From Octopus sinensis (lineage: Eukaryota), in NCBI RefSeq assembly GCF_006345805.1, contig NC_043018.1, forward strand, positions 8,494,001 through 8,558,000: 64,000 nt of DNA. Reading direction: 5' to 3'. Shown in pieces: positions 26,670 to 39,615 of the stretch. Position 1 is the stretch's first letter, and each line of letters opens with the position of its first letter. Below the pieces are notes generated by a model. That model was not told the origin of the DNA. It ran no database searches and saw only the letters and a program-made list of their open reading frames with translations. The position numbers and the translations under genes are program-made.

Positions 26670-27620
26670 TCCACAAAGGGTTGGCAGAAAACTTCATAGC
26701 TTGGCCAAAATACTCTCATGCTCTCATGAACCAAATGAGGTTTATTTTCCAACACACTACACCTTGGGTCCACACACTTCTTCCATCAGTGTTGCAGAGC
26801 TTCAATCCCATTGGTGAAGAAGCTTTAATTCTGTTGGTCAGAAAAGTCAACACTGCAATACTGGTTCCCAGCCAAGTGTTTTTCATGTTGAGGAACTGAT
26901 GATAGCCAGATGGGGCCAACACAAGAGAAAAGGGAGGGTGGTCAACCAGTTCAAAGACAGTCACAAACAACAGCCATTAAAAACAAGGACTTGTGTTGGA
27001 GCCTTGCCCTGATAAAACAAGACCCTTTCATCAGTTTTCCTGAACATTTAGCCTTGATAGCCTTTTGTAACTGCCTCAGCAAGTTGGCATATACTCTCCA
27101 TTGACAGTGTGGTACTTTTGAACATAGTCAATAAACAATGACTTTTGCATCTGAAAAAACTGAGGCCGTCACCTTCCCTGCAAATAAAACAATCTTGGCC
27201 TGCATGGATTGTCTTTGCTTCTAGCTCAATGTGATGAAGCCAATACTCATCCAGGCTTAGGAAACATTCAAGGAAACAAGCTGGATCTTATTCAAAGAAT
27301 GTCAGATGTGATTAGCCTGGTGCACTTTTGACCAGGTGACAGAAAATGTGACACCCACTAAGCAGAAACCTTCATCATGACAGGTTGATTGAGCAGACTA
27401 TTCTCAATTTTCTCATAGGATATGCTAAGAGCATTAACTATTTGATTGAGAGTCAATCGCCTGTCATCCACCATCATGTTATCCGTGGTGGTGACAGTTT
27501 CAGAACTTCCAGACCTTGGGTTATCTTCAAGACTCTCCGTTCCCCTTTTAAGTTTAGCTGACTACTTTTGCACTGTTGATAAAACCAGAGTGTCAGCCCC
27601 AAATGTAGCAACTCAGATAA
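26670..27620 (-). pseudogene. Second, more degraded mariner transposase remnant
   Basis: Minus-strand fragments 'FELVDHPPFSLVLAPSGYHQF' (HPPYSPDLAPSDYHLF-like) and an HTH-like 'LEDNPRSGSSET'. Confidence 0.7.
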
Positions 27621-27689
27621 ATATTTCTCCATATTGCAGAAAGGACTCCTTCCAATCTTCTCCAGTGGTGAAATGATTAAAGAAGACTA

Positions 27690-28022
27690 TTTATGGAAGA
27701 TGAGGTTCCAAGTCACACGGCTAAAAAGACCCAAGATTGGTTGGAAGAGAATGGCATTAAAAAGCTTCCATGGGCAAGCTAGTCACCAGATTGAACACCT
27801 CTGGGGCATAATGGACAGAACAATTCACAAAAAGACCAAGAAAGCAGTCTCAAAGCCAGATCTTTTTATATTACTGCCTAAAACTTGAAAAAAATATTCC
27901 TCAAGAGAATATTCATCATCTGACCAGTGACATGCCTAATAGGGTCCTTGCATTGAAAAATGCAAAAGGCATGTCTACTACTAAATATAAGGGTGACTAT
28001 TTACCTTTTGTCATGTCAATGT
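27690..28022 (+). mobile_element. Tc1-like transposase C-terminal fragment and right end
   Basis: 'WLEENGIKKLPW' and 'IEHLWGIMDR' (NPIEHLW motif), ending at a TA. Confidence 0.7.
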
Positions 28023-30688
28023 ATATACATATATATATACATATATACACATGCATGTATACATATAAAAACATCCGTTATACATGCAGTGGTTGACTTA
28101 ATTCATCATCTGCAACTACTGAATGCCTTTAGCAACATCTACTCCATCAGCTATACTTGCACTGCATATACACTCTATACACACACACACATCACGTGTA
28201 ACTCTATATACATCAATGCAGGTCATTCAACTCCTAAGATTCCTGACAAACTTTAAATGAGTTGTTGATAGATTTGCAAAGCAAATGCTTCACTGGTGCC
28301 TCCTCGCAAGAATTGTCTCAATAGATTTTGTATGAAAAAAAAAAGACAGTTTTCATCTCTCACTTGTCTCAGTCACTGGAGTGTGGGCCATGCTGGGGCA
28401 TCGCCTTGAGAGGTTTAGATGAACAAGGCGTCGAGCTAGCAGAAACGTTAGCACGCCGGGCGAAATGCTTAGCGGCATTTCATCTGCCGTTACGTTGTGA
28501 GTTCAAATTCCGCCGAGGTCAACTTTGCCTTTCATCCTTTCGGGGTCAATAAATTAAGTACCAGTTACGCACTGGGGTCGATGTAATCGACTTAACCCCT
28601 ATGTCTGTCCTTGTTTGTCCCCTCTGTGTTTAACCCCTTGTGGGTAATAAACAAATAGGTTTAGATGAACAAATTAACCCCTGCTGCTTTTGGGGGGTTT
28701 TTTTGTTTTAAAGCCTGGTGCTTATTCTAACTGGCCTCTTTTGCTGATTTTGGAGATGCAAACAAACCAACACCGGTTCTCAAGCAGAGGGGAAGAAACA
28801 CACACACACACACACAGGTATATATACATACATGTACACACATACAGGTACAGGCATGGCTATGTGGTAAGAAGTTTGCTTCTCAACCACATGGTTCAGG
28901 GTTCAGTCCCACTGTATGGAACTTTGGACAAGTGTCTTCTGCTTAGCTCTTATGGCCCAAGGCCTTGAGTAGATTTGGTAGACAGAAACTGAAAGAAGCC
29001 TGTCGTGTATGTACACACACACATTTGTTTGCCGCCCACCAATTTGACAACTGTTGTTGGTTCATTTATGTCCCTGAAATTTAATTGTTCAGCCAGGAGT
29101 GGCTGTGTGGTAAGTAGCTTGTTTACCAACCACATGGTTCTGGGTTCAGTCCCACTGCGTGGCACCTTGGGCAAGTGTCTTCTACTATAGCCTCGGGCCG
29201 ACTAATGCCTTGTGAGTGGATTTGGTAGACGGAAACTGAAAGAAGCCCGTTGTATATATATGTGTGTGCGTGTGTGTTTGTGTGTCTGTGTTTGTCCCCC
29301 TAGCATTGCTTGACAACCGATGCTGGTGTGTTTATGTCCCCGTCACTTAGCGGTTCGGCAAAAGAGACCGATAGAATAAGTACTGGGCTTACAAAAGAAT
29401 AAGACCGGGGTCGAGTTGCTCGATTAAAGACAGTGCTCCAGCATGGCCACAGTCAAATGACTGAAACGAGTAAAAGAATAAAAGAGTAAAAGGATATATA
29501 TATATACACACACGACGGGTTTCTTTCAGTTTCCATTTATCAAATCCACTCACGAGGCTTTGGTTGGCCTGAGGCTATAGTAGAAGGACCTTACCCAAGG
29601 TGTTACACAGCAAGTTTCTTACCACACAGCCATGCCTGTGCCTATGATAGGGTTTTTTAAACATCGAATGGCTATGAGGGTCTGCACAAATGAAATAGAG
29701 ATCAAAGGAGTCCATAGGTAAAAAAAAAAAAAGGGTCCTTGTTACTCTGATGGACGGACACGAGATCTTGTGTCAGGAAAGCTGTTGTTCTGATGTCATT
29801 TAAGAGGAAGAGAAAATCAAAGTGCAAGAGAAAGTTGTTAATGGGTGATTCCATCACATTTGTGACATTGTGTGCGTCTGTGGTAGGATGACAAATGTCA
29901 GGGTCACAGAATGGGAAGCATTGCAGTAGGATTCCAAAGAACATTGCTTTCTGGGTTTTGTTTTTTTTGGGGGGTTTTTTTCTGAGGCAGATAAAAATAA
30001 AATACCAGATAAGAAATGCCTTGTTTGCGGATTTGGCAGATGGAAACAGAAAGAATCCCGAGAGTATTACACTGTAGAACACTGCCTCAATATATCTCAA
30101 GGAAACTATGCCACTATGGAAAGAGCAAATGTGAAAATGATAATAGTGATGGTGATGGTGCTGATGATGATAGTGGTGTTGGTGGTTGTGGTGGTGGTGA
30201 TGATGATAGTGGTGGTGGTGGTGGTGGTGGTGGTGGTGGAGCTGATGATGATACAAAATGATAAAAGTTGGCAGATTTCTATAAGTTGTAGGGCAGATAA
30301 GAATACTGATCATTTTCAGCAAAGCCTTTTGTCAAGGAGAGAAAGAGAGAGATATAAAAAAATATCTATGATAGCAATGAGAATATAGGTTTCCTCCTAA
30401 GAATCTGCTAAGTTTTGCAACTAACTTTTATTTACATGAGCTGGAATATGAAATTGTTTTGTCTAGGCAGGAAGCCAGGTCATACAACAGTATAAGAAAG
30501 CATTGATATTAATATAGAATTTTTTTATCCTTTCCTCTCTGTCTTATTCTAACACTGGACCCTATTAATATAAAATTTATCCCCTCCCCCTCTTTTAAGT
30601 GTATATATATACTCTTCTATTTCTGTGCAGATCATAAACCCCTTATTAGTTCTTTTCATTATTCTGTCTATTTCATTACCATGTCTAC

Positions 30689-30762
<74 letters not shown>

Positions 30763-31064
30763 GCAAAACGGGACAAGAACGCAAAACATCCAGAAGACGA
30801 TAGAAAAAACACGGACGGGTCATTTGAAGCCTTTAATCTTCAGTCATGAACCAGATCATCCTCACAATTTCGGCTGAATAATCTTGAGATTGCTCCAATC
30901 TGGCCAGCCCCAAGGAAAAACTAAGCCAAGAGCATTAGATTCCTTGGAAACTTATTCCATTGGTCTCTTATGCCGAACCGCTAAGTTACGAGGACGTAAA
31001 CACACCAGCATCGGTTGTCAAGCGATGTTGGGGGGACAAACAGACACAAACGTAAACACACACG

Positions 31065-31106
<42 letters not shown>

Positions 31107-32399
31107 CATATATGTGTATAGATATATATATAAAATATACAAAAATGAGACAAGGATGCAAAACATCCAGATGAAACAAAAAGGAGACAACGAAATATCC
31201 AGACAGAGGATACAAGGATGGATCACTCGGAGCCCTCCATCCTCAGTTGAGCTCCAGATCATCTTTGCAACTTTGGCTGGTTAATCTTGAGATTACTCTA
31301 ATCTGGCCAGCCCCAAGGAAAAAATAAGCTAAGAGCATTAGATTCCTTGGAAGAAAGCAGCGAATGTATACGAAAATAAGGACGGAAAAAAACCCCAGAG
31401 AAATGTTACACAAATACAAATAGCAGGACATAACAACAGGTTTCTTTCGACTGTGGATGAATTAAATTAAGCTGACATGTGTGGAAGTAAAGCCTTAAGG
31501 CAGGGACATAGGTTTTCACAGGCACAGGAAGGAATATAGATGTTGCAGGAACAGTTGTCCAACCATGAAAGAAAGGTTAGGCCTGGCCCAACGCTAGTCA
31601 CATGGGGAGACAAGAGAGAGAGAGGTAAAGGCAGAGGGATAGAAGAATTAAGGAAGGGTGAGAGAAAAATGAAAGAGACAATGAAGTGAAAGAGGGGAAA
31701 GTGAGCATGAAGAGAAGGCCAGTAAATGTGAGAGAGGAGGAACAAAAGGACAATGAGTGGAATGAATGAAGTGTGAAAGGGCTCAAAGAAAGAAGGAAAG
31801 AATACAAAGAATAATAGAGTTGTACAAATTTGGATATATACACTTACATATGAGACCAAAGTGTACAGTATACTGCTATATTTTGTATATAAAAAAATAC
31901 AAAAATTGGACAAGAACACAAAACATCCAGTCAGTAGGGGAAAGAAAAAAGGGACAACAAAATATCCAGACAGACGATACAAGGAAAACAAGGATAGATC
32001 ACTCAGAGCCCTCCATCCTCAGTCAAGCTCCAGATCATCTTTGCAACTTCGGCTGGTTATACTCGAAATTGCTCCAATCTGGCCAGCCTCAAGGAAAAAA
32101 TAAGCTAAGAGCATTAGATTCCTTGGAAGAAAGCAGTGAATGTATATGAAAACAAGGACGGAAAAAAAAAACAGAGAAATGTCATGTATATATATGTATA
32201 CTCTTTTACTTGGTTCAGACATTTGACAGTGGTCATGCTGGAGTACTGCCTTTAGTCGAGCAAATCGACCCCAAGACTTATTCTTTGTAAGCCTAGTACT
32301 TATTCTATCAGTCTCTTTTGTCAAACTGTTAAGTTACGGGGACATGAACACACCAGCATCGGTTGTCAAGTGATGTTGGGTGGGGGACAAACAAACACA

Positions 32400-32400
32400 C

Positions 32401-32456
<56 letters not shown>

Positions 32457-32549
32457 GTGTATATATATATATATATATACACACACACATTTATATATAT
32501 ATATATATGTGTATATATATATATAATATATGTGTATATATATATATAA

Positions 32550-32597
<48 letters not shown>

Positions 32598-32640
32598 TAT
32601 ACATATAAATACATATGTATATATATATATATATATATAT
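32400..32640. repeat. Long interrupted (TA)n microsatellite
   Basis: Direct inspection. Confidence 0.95.
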
Positions 32641-32821
32641 AGACCGTTTGCTCCTATATGCATTTTTTTCTCTCCTCGTTTCTTTTCTGTGTATCTTTCT
32701 GTCAAAGAGCGTAGGCTCGAAATGTAAAAGACATGTTCTATTTCTATTCCGAGCGCCATACTAATACGTTTGTTTGTACACTACCTGCCTTCGTCTTTTG
32801 TTTATTTTCATAAACCTTCCC

Positions 32822-32884
<63 letters not shown>

Positions 32885-33827
32885 TATATATGTGGAGGCA
32901 CATAGCTTAGTGGTTAGAGTGTTGTACTCATGATCATAAGACTGGCCTTGACTCCTGGACTGGGCGATGAATTGAGTTCTTGAGCAAAACTCATCATTTT
33001 ATGTTACTCCAGTCTACTCAGCTGGCAGAAATGAGTAATCCTGCAACAGACCAGGTGGGGAATATATACACCCTGAAACCGGCCCTTGTGCGTCGGCACA
33101 ATTTGAGAAGGTAACTTTACCATAACCATATGTGAGTGCATGTACACTCACGCACACACACATTGTCTTCTGTAGGCATACAAAAGTATCTGAACTTGTA
33201 AACATTCTTATACACATATATACATATACTATACACACATACTTCATATGAATATTATACATAGATATATTCACGTCATTTTCACTGAGTGTTTGTGAAT
33301 GTGTGTATACCATCACCAGCACCATCGTCATAATCATTGCCTGCAACCATCATCAACAACATTGTTATCGTCATTACAACCATCATCATTATCATTGTCG
33401 TCATCACCATCATTATTATCCTCCTCATCACGATCACCCTAATGAGCTAGAGACTGACGTCAATTCCTCTCGGTGCTGACGTGAGTCGACAGAAGATGAG
33501 ATACCGACATAAACAAAATATTTTGGTTTCACTTGAGGAAATTGCTGGAATATTAAGAGTGTGGGTGCGGCGGAGACAGCAGAAAAGGTTTCAAATATAT
33601 TTTTTTGGCTGATGGTTATTATTACCGTCAGCATGGCGGCATAGTATTGTTGGGTAATCCTGCATGTTAACGACTGCGCTGCCGCTGCCGCCTGCACTGC
33701 AACCCACCTGCTTCAGGTAAGTAACTGCTCTGGGTATACCAGGTATGTTGACGTAGTTTCACTCTGTTGTCAATTCATGATTCACCTCTAAAACTATAAA
33801 TATATGTATGTACGTGCGTGTGCGTGC

Positions 33828-33861
33828 GTATATATATATATAACACTATATATATATAAAA

Positions 33862-33901
<40 letters not shown>

Positions 33902-33919
33902 CTATATATATATATAAAA

Positions 33920-33965
<46 letters not shown>

Positions 33966-34035
33966 CTATATATATATATAAAACACTATATATATATATA
34001 AAACACTATATATATATATAAACTATATATATATG
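33828..34035. repeat. Compound satellite [aaaacac(ta)n]m
   Basis: 'aaaacac' spacers recur between variable-length TA runs. Confidence 0.9.
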
Positions 34036-34914
34036 TGTGTGTGTGTGTAGATATGTAGATATTTATATACACACTCACACGCACACACATAATTTCACCT
34101 TTGTATTTGTTATTGGCATAATGAACCACCCAAGATTGGTGTGTGTGTGTGTGTGTTATATTGGATGCTAAATGATGATATGCATGTATGCGTATGCATG
34201 TTGCTACTTTTCCTAATGACAAGAAAAACAAAAACAACAAGAACAAAACTGCAATGAGGAGAACAAAACAAGAGCAAGAGGAAGATCATCTCAAAAACAA
34301 CAGAACACATCGGATGATGTAGTCCAAGATGGACTCTGATGTCAAGGTGTGGGGATATTTTTAGATTCCAAGGAGGAAATTTGGGGATTCCTTTGGGGAA
34401 TTGGTTTTAGGTGAAATAACTCTTTATTTACTATTGGCATCCTTTTTGGTGGTTAGCTGGCAGAACCATTTCTGCATTGGACAAAATGCTTTTTGGCATT
34501 TCTTTTGGCTCTTTGCATTCTGAGTTCAAAAGCTGGCAGGGTCAACTTTTACCTTTCATCTTCCCAGGGTTAATGTACTACAATCAATATAGTTGACATT
34601 ACCACCTCTCTTCACAATTGCTAACCTAATGCTAAAACTAGAAAGAATTATTATTATTAGGCTCCCGTGGCTTTTATGGGTTTTTCCACATGAGACCTTT
34701 CCTTTTTTCGAAGCGTCTCCTCTATTGGGAGTTTTGTAAATTGTTAAATTCTTTCGTTGTTGTAAAGCTTGTTTACACGGACTTTTTTCTTTGGAAAAAC
34801 GGACAAAACCTTTTGTAACCTTTCGTCCTGTTTTGTCCCTTTATGTTTTCCAATCATGTTTGTCAGCCCTTGTGGCCAATAAAGAGAATTAATTATTATT
34901 ATTATTATTATTAT

Positions 34915-35459
34915 TGAGTGAGAGAGCAGTGCATGCCATCAAAGTGACACTGGGGTAAAATATACGAAGCCCAGTATACCCATCATGACTACCTATCTGA
35001 TAAGGGTACACTAGGCACATACATCACAACCATATGTGCGCGATATGGTGATCTCATATCAAGATAAACAGCACATGACCTTGCAGGTGGGGCCCAGTTA
35101 GAATTTTCTTCTGGTCAAGTAACCCATCCCGCTCAAAAGGTCCCTGAATAAGGGTTATTTAAGGATGTTGAACAAACCACCCATGTTTCCAGAGGTGAAT
35201 TATTCAAACCCCAAAGAATCCCTCTCAACACACGGCTATGATGCTCCCCCACTACTTCTGCTCGTGATCAGAGTTGCACATACCATCAGCCACTAAGGGA
35301 CATGCTCAACTGGTTAGGGTCAAACAACTGACAAGCAAATCTGTGGTATTGTGCAGAATATTTGCTGTAGCCCATCTTTTATACCAAGACAAAACAATAT
35401 ACATGATAACACTTCCAATCAGAAGCCATGAGAGCCACTGCCTGGTAATGCATCAGGGC

Positions 35460-35460
<1 letters not shown>
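34915..35460 (+). mobile_element. Non-coding interspersed element of about 550 bp embedded in (TTA)n. Second copy at 20467-21054 in the opposite orientation
   Basis: The two copies have the same ends, and both are flanked on each side by TAA/TTA microsatellite. Confidence 0.75.
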
Positions 35461-35509
<49 letters not shown>

Positions 35510-36505
35510 GGGTGGCGAGCTGGCAGAATCATGAGCACGTCAGGCGAAATGCTTAGCAGTATTTTGCCTGTCGCTACGTTCTGAGTTCAAATTCCGCTGA
35601 GGTCAACTTTGCTTTTCATCTTTTCAGGATTGATAAATTAAGTACCAGGGAAACACTGGGATTGATATAATCAACTAATCCCCACCACACAAATTTGAAG
35701 CCTTGTGCTTCCAGTAGAAAGGATTATCATTATTATTATTATTATTAGGGTGGCTAGCTGGCAGAAATGTTAGCACACCAGGCAAAAGGCTTAGTGGCAT
35801 TTCGTGTCTTTACATTCTCAGTTCAAATTCTGTCAAGGTCAACTTTGCCTTTCATCCTTTCATGATCAATGAAATAAGTACCGGTCAAATACTGGGGCTG
35901 GTGTAATCGACTTACTCCCTCCCATGAAATTGCTGGCCTCATGTCAAAATTCAAAATCATCGTGATTATTATTATTATTTCCTACCCATGCATGGAAGAC
36001 GGACATTAAATGATTATTATTATTATTATTATTATTAAGGTGGTAAGCTAACAGAATCATTTGCAAGCCATACAAAATGACCAGTGGCCTTCCATCCATC
36101 ATTGTGCCCCGAGTTTAAATTCTGCTGGGGTCAACTTGCCTTTTCATCCTATCCTGATCTATAAAACAAGTACCAAAACAAGCTGAGCACTGGCATTGGG
36201 GTAACCAACTTCTCCGCTGCCACTAACACTCTGTAGGCCCCATGCCAAAATTTGAAACCATTATTATTATTATTATTATTATTTAAGGTGGTAAGCTAGC
36301 AGAATCATTTGCGTGCCAGACAAAATTTTCACTGGTATTCCATTCATCTTTTACGCTCCGAGTTCAAATTCCACCGAGGTCAACTTTACCTTTCATCCTT
36401 TCAGGGTCAATAAAGTAAGCGCTAGTTGAGCTTAGGGGGTTGATGTAATCAATTATCCCCCCTCTCCCAAAATATCAAGCATTGAGCCCACAGCAGAAAG
36501 GATTG

Positions 36506-36536
<31 letters not shown>

Positions 36537-37867
36537 CCTCTTCTTTCAATTTTGTTCCCATTTCTTTCCAAGTGTCTTCCCGACACCTAGGGCAGGGCAC
36601 CTTGAGTAAGTATCTTCTGCTGTGGGTCAAGGTCGATGAATGCCTCAAGTCAATTTGGTGGATAGATACAGAAAGGAAACCTGCTGTGTGTGTGTGCATA
36701 GGTGGGGGTATGATTAACTAGTTTGCTTTCCAACTATGTGGTTTTGAGTTCAGTCCTAGGTATGACATTTCGGGAAAGTGTCTGCCATTATAGCCTTGGG
36801 TTGGCCAAAACCTTATGAGTGGACTTAGTAGGTAGAAGTGTATGTGTGTGTGTGTGCATGTCTTTGTGTGTTTCACTGCATGATAACAAGTGTCGGTTTG
36901 TTTATGTCCCTGTAACTTGGTAATCTGGCAAAAAAAAAACCGATAGGTGGCAGACTTAAAATAATTACTGGCATAAACATTAGCATGCCAGGCAAAATGC
37001 TTAGCGGTATTTCGTCTGTTGTTACGTTCCAAGTTCAAATTCCGCCGAGGTCAACTTTGCCTTTCATCCTTTCGGGGTCGATAAATAAAGTACCAGTTAC
37101 GCACTGGGGTCGATGTAATCGACTTAATCCCTTTGTCTGTCCTTGTTTGTCAGGGGATCAGATAAAATGAATTGCAATATTCATTCCAGCTCTCAGGACT
37201 TTGGGTTCAAATCCCAATAATGTCAACTTCGTTTTTATCCTTTTCATCATCATTTAACATCCATTTTCTATGCTGGCATGGGTTGGATGGTTTGACTGAA
37301 AGCTGGTAAGCTGGAGAATTGCACGAAGTTCCAGTTTGATTTGGCATGGTTTCTACAGCTGGATACCCTTCCTAATGCCAACCACTCCAAGAGTATAGTG
37401 GGTGCTTTTTACATACCACCAGCATGGGTACTAGTTACGAAACACTGGCATTGGCCATGACTATGATCTCACTTGGCTTGACTGGTCTTCTTAAGCATGG
37501 TATATTGCCAAAGGTCTCGATCAGATAAATAAAACAGCAGTTCAATGTTGGCACAGCCCTCTTTCCTTCCTGGCAGTTCCACTGAATCCAGTTTGGGAGA
37601 GCCAGAAGGATGTATGTGCTTGTCTCTTCTTGTGGCTAGACACATTGCTAAGACAATCAGTGAAAGCATGGGACATGCAACCAAGCCATCCTGGATTGCT
37701 GGTGGTGGTATATACCTATATATGTATATCTTTTGCCTGTGTATATTACTAAAGGACTATCTACGTGTATCTGTAAAGAATTGGAGCACCAGTGAAGGAC
37801 CAATCTTTCTCATTCTAATCATCAGAAATGTTGTGCATTAGTGATCGGTTCAATGGAAACCTATAAC

Positions 37868-38092
37868 CAATGATGTTATTCATTATTTACCTTATTTACA
37901 TTCGACGGATACTTGTCCTCATCTTGTTTGTTGTTAACACAACGTTTTGGCTGATATACCCTCCAGCCTTCATCAGGTGTCTTGGGGAAACGTGTTAACA
38001 AACAAGATGAGGACAAATATCCGTTGAATGTAAATAATGTACATAATTCCTCATCTCTTAAATATAGAACTGTATTATCCAATGATGTTATT
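37868..38092 (-). mobile_element. Short Penelope-like element with inverted arms and a degenerate hammerhead (37937-37980)
   Basis: Inverted arms of about 50 bp and a flanking direct repeat ccaatgatgttatt. Motif: ACAC-CUGAUGA-A-GGCUG..CAGCC-aAAA-CGUU-GUGU. Confidence 0.65.
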
Positions 38093-39615
38093 GTTCACGA
38101 ATTACAATATAAAATCAATAGACATAAATAAACCCAACATGAGAGATAATAGAATATTCCGGATTTGGTGCATGGAAAAAAAAAAAAGAATTTAAAGTTA
38201 CCTTCTCAAGTCATGCTAACTCATAAGGCTGCTTGCCTGGTTTCATGGCATATATATTCCCCACCTGGATGGGAAGCCAGTCCATCGCAGGAATACTCAT
38301 TTTTACCAGCTGAGTGGACTGGAGCAATGCGAAATGAAGTATCTTGCTCAAGAATACAATGCATCGCTTGGTCCAGGAATTGAAACCACAGTCTTAAGAT
38401 CATGACTCCAACACTCTAACCACTAAACCACATGCTTCCATTCAGTATATGAAGCAGTGATGGAAAGAAAAATTATGGTATAGAATTGGTTGAGAACCTT
38501 TCGTTAAATTATCTTCCAAAAATCACATTAATATATTGATAAATAAAAAAGTTATAGTTGTTTAATGAAACCAGACTAAATTTATGATTATGCTAGAAAT
38601 TAATTGAACCACATAAGGGGTGTATTTTGGTTAGAAATATAGTAACGAAAGGGTTCAGGCCAGTTCAAATATGCTTGGCCGTTGCCAGCCTCGCCTGGCC
38701 TCCATTGCCAGTGGAACGTAAAAAGCACCATCTAATCGTGGCCGTTTGCCAGCTTCGTCTGGCACCTGTGCCGGTGGCACGCAAAAAAGCACCCACTACA
38801 CTCACGGAGTGGTTGGCGTTAGGAAGGGCATCCAGCCGTAGAAACATTGCCAGATCAGACTGGGCCTGGTGCAGCCTTCTGGCTTCCCAGACCCCAGTTG
38901 AACCGTCCAACCCATGCTAGCATGGAGAATGGACGTTAAACGATGATGATGAATACTTGCATTCAAAGTATATTCGTTAGTCTGCAGCCATGCCAGGGCA
39001 CCACCCTGAAGCATTTTAGGCAGGTAAATCAACCCCAGTACTTATTTTTTTTAAAGTCTGATACTTATTCTATTGGTCTCATTTGCTGAACTGCTAAGTT
39101 ACAGGGACATAAACACACCAACACCAGTTGTCAAGCAGTGGTGGGGGACAAACACAGACACAAACAAATACACACATAGATATACTTATATACGAGGGAC
39201 TTCTTTCAGTGTTTCCGTCTACCAAATCCACTCGCAAGGCTTTGATCAGCCTGAGGCTATAGAAGACACTTGCCCAAGGTGCCACTAAGTGGGACTGAAC
39301 CTGGAACCATATGGTTGGGAAGCTTCTTACCACACAGCTACACAGGCAGCTACATGTGTATGTAGCATTTAAAATTTATGACAGCTGCTTTGGTAGAATT
39401 TCATTTAACACATTCGTAAAAGATTATATCATAACATAATCCACCATCATCAGATATGATTTTCAAAACGGTAACATTTTTAAACAGGTGACATTTTAAA
39501 CATCAATCCGAACATAGCCAATGTTAGCTGGACTAATGATGCATTTAAGCTTTACATTTGAATATACAGAAAACTTAAGTGTAGCTTAAAACAGGCAAAT
39601 AAAAAACAAAAAGAT

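Noticed and set aside
29702-30322. 206-aa ORF with a poly-His run (the longest in the track)
   Set aside because: The His run comes from a (GGT/GAT)n microsatellite. The rest crosses poly-T/poly-A runs and resembles no protein I recognise.
30760-32190. Three related repeats with CTGAGGA/CTGAAGA and GAAA words
   Set aside because: Probably Penelope-like fragments, but I could not assemble a consistent hammerhead with stems I-III in the right order.
33708-33725. ACTTACCTG on the minus strand, resembling the U1 snRNA 5' end
   Set aside because: It is simply the complement of a consensus donor. The downstream sequence does not match U1.
37469-37684. Short ORF with a signal-peptide-like start (MLSLIVLAMCLA)
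   Set aside because: Its 3' third runs into an RTE fragment (RDLWQY...). No other support.
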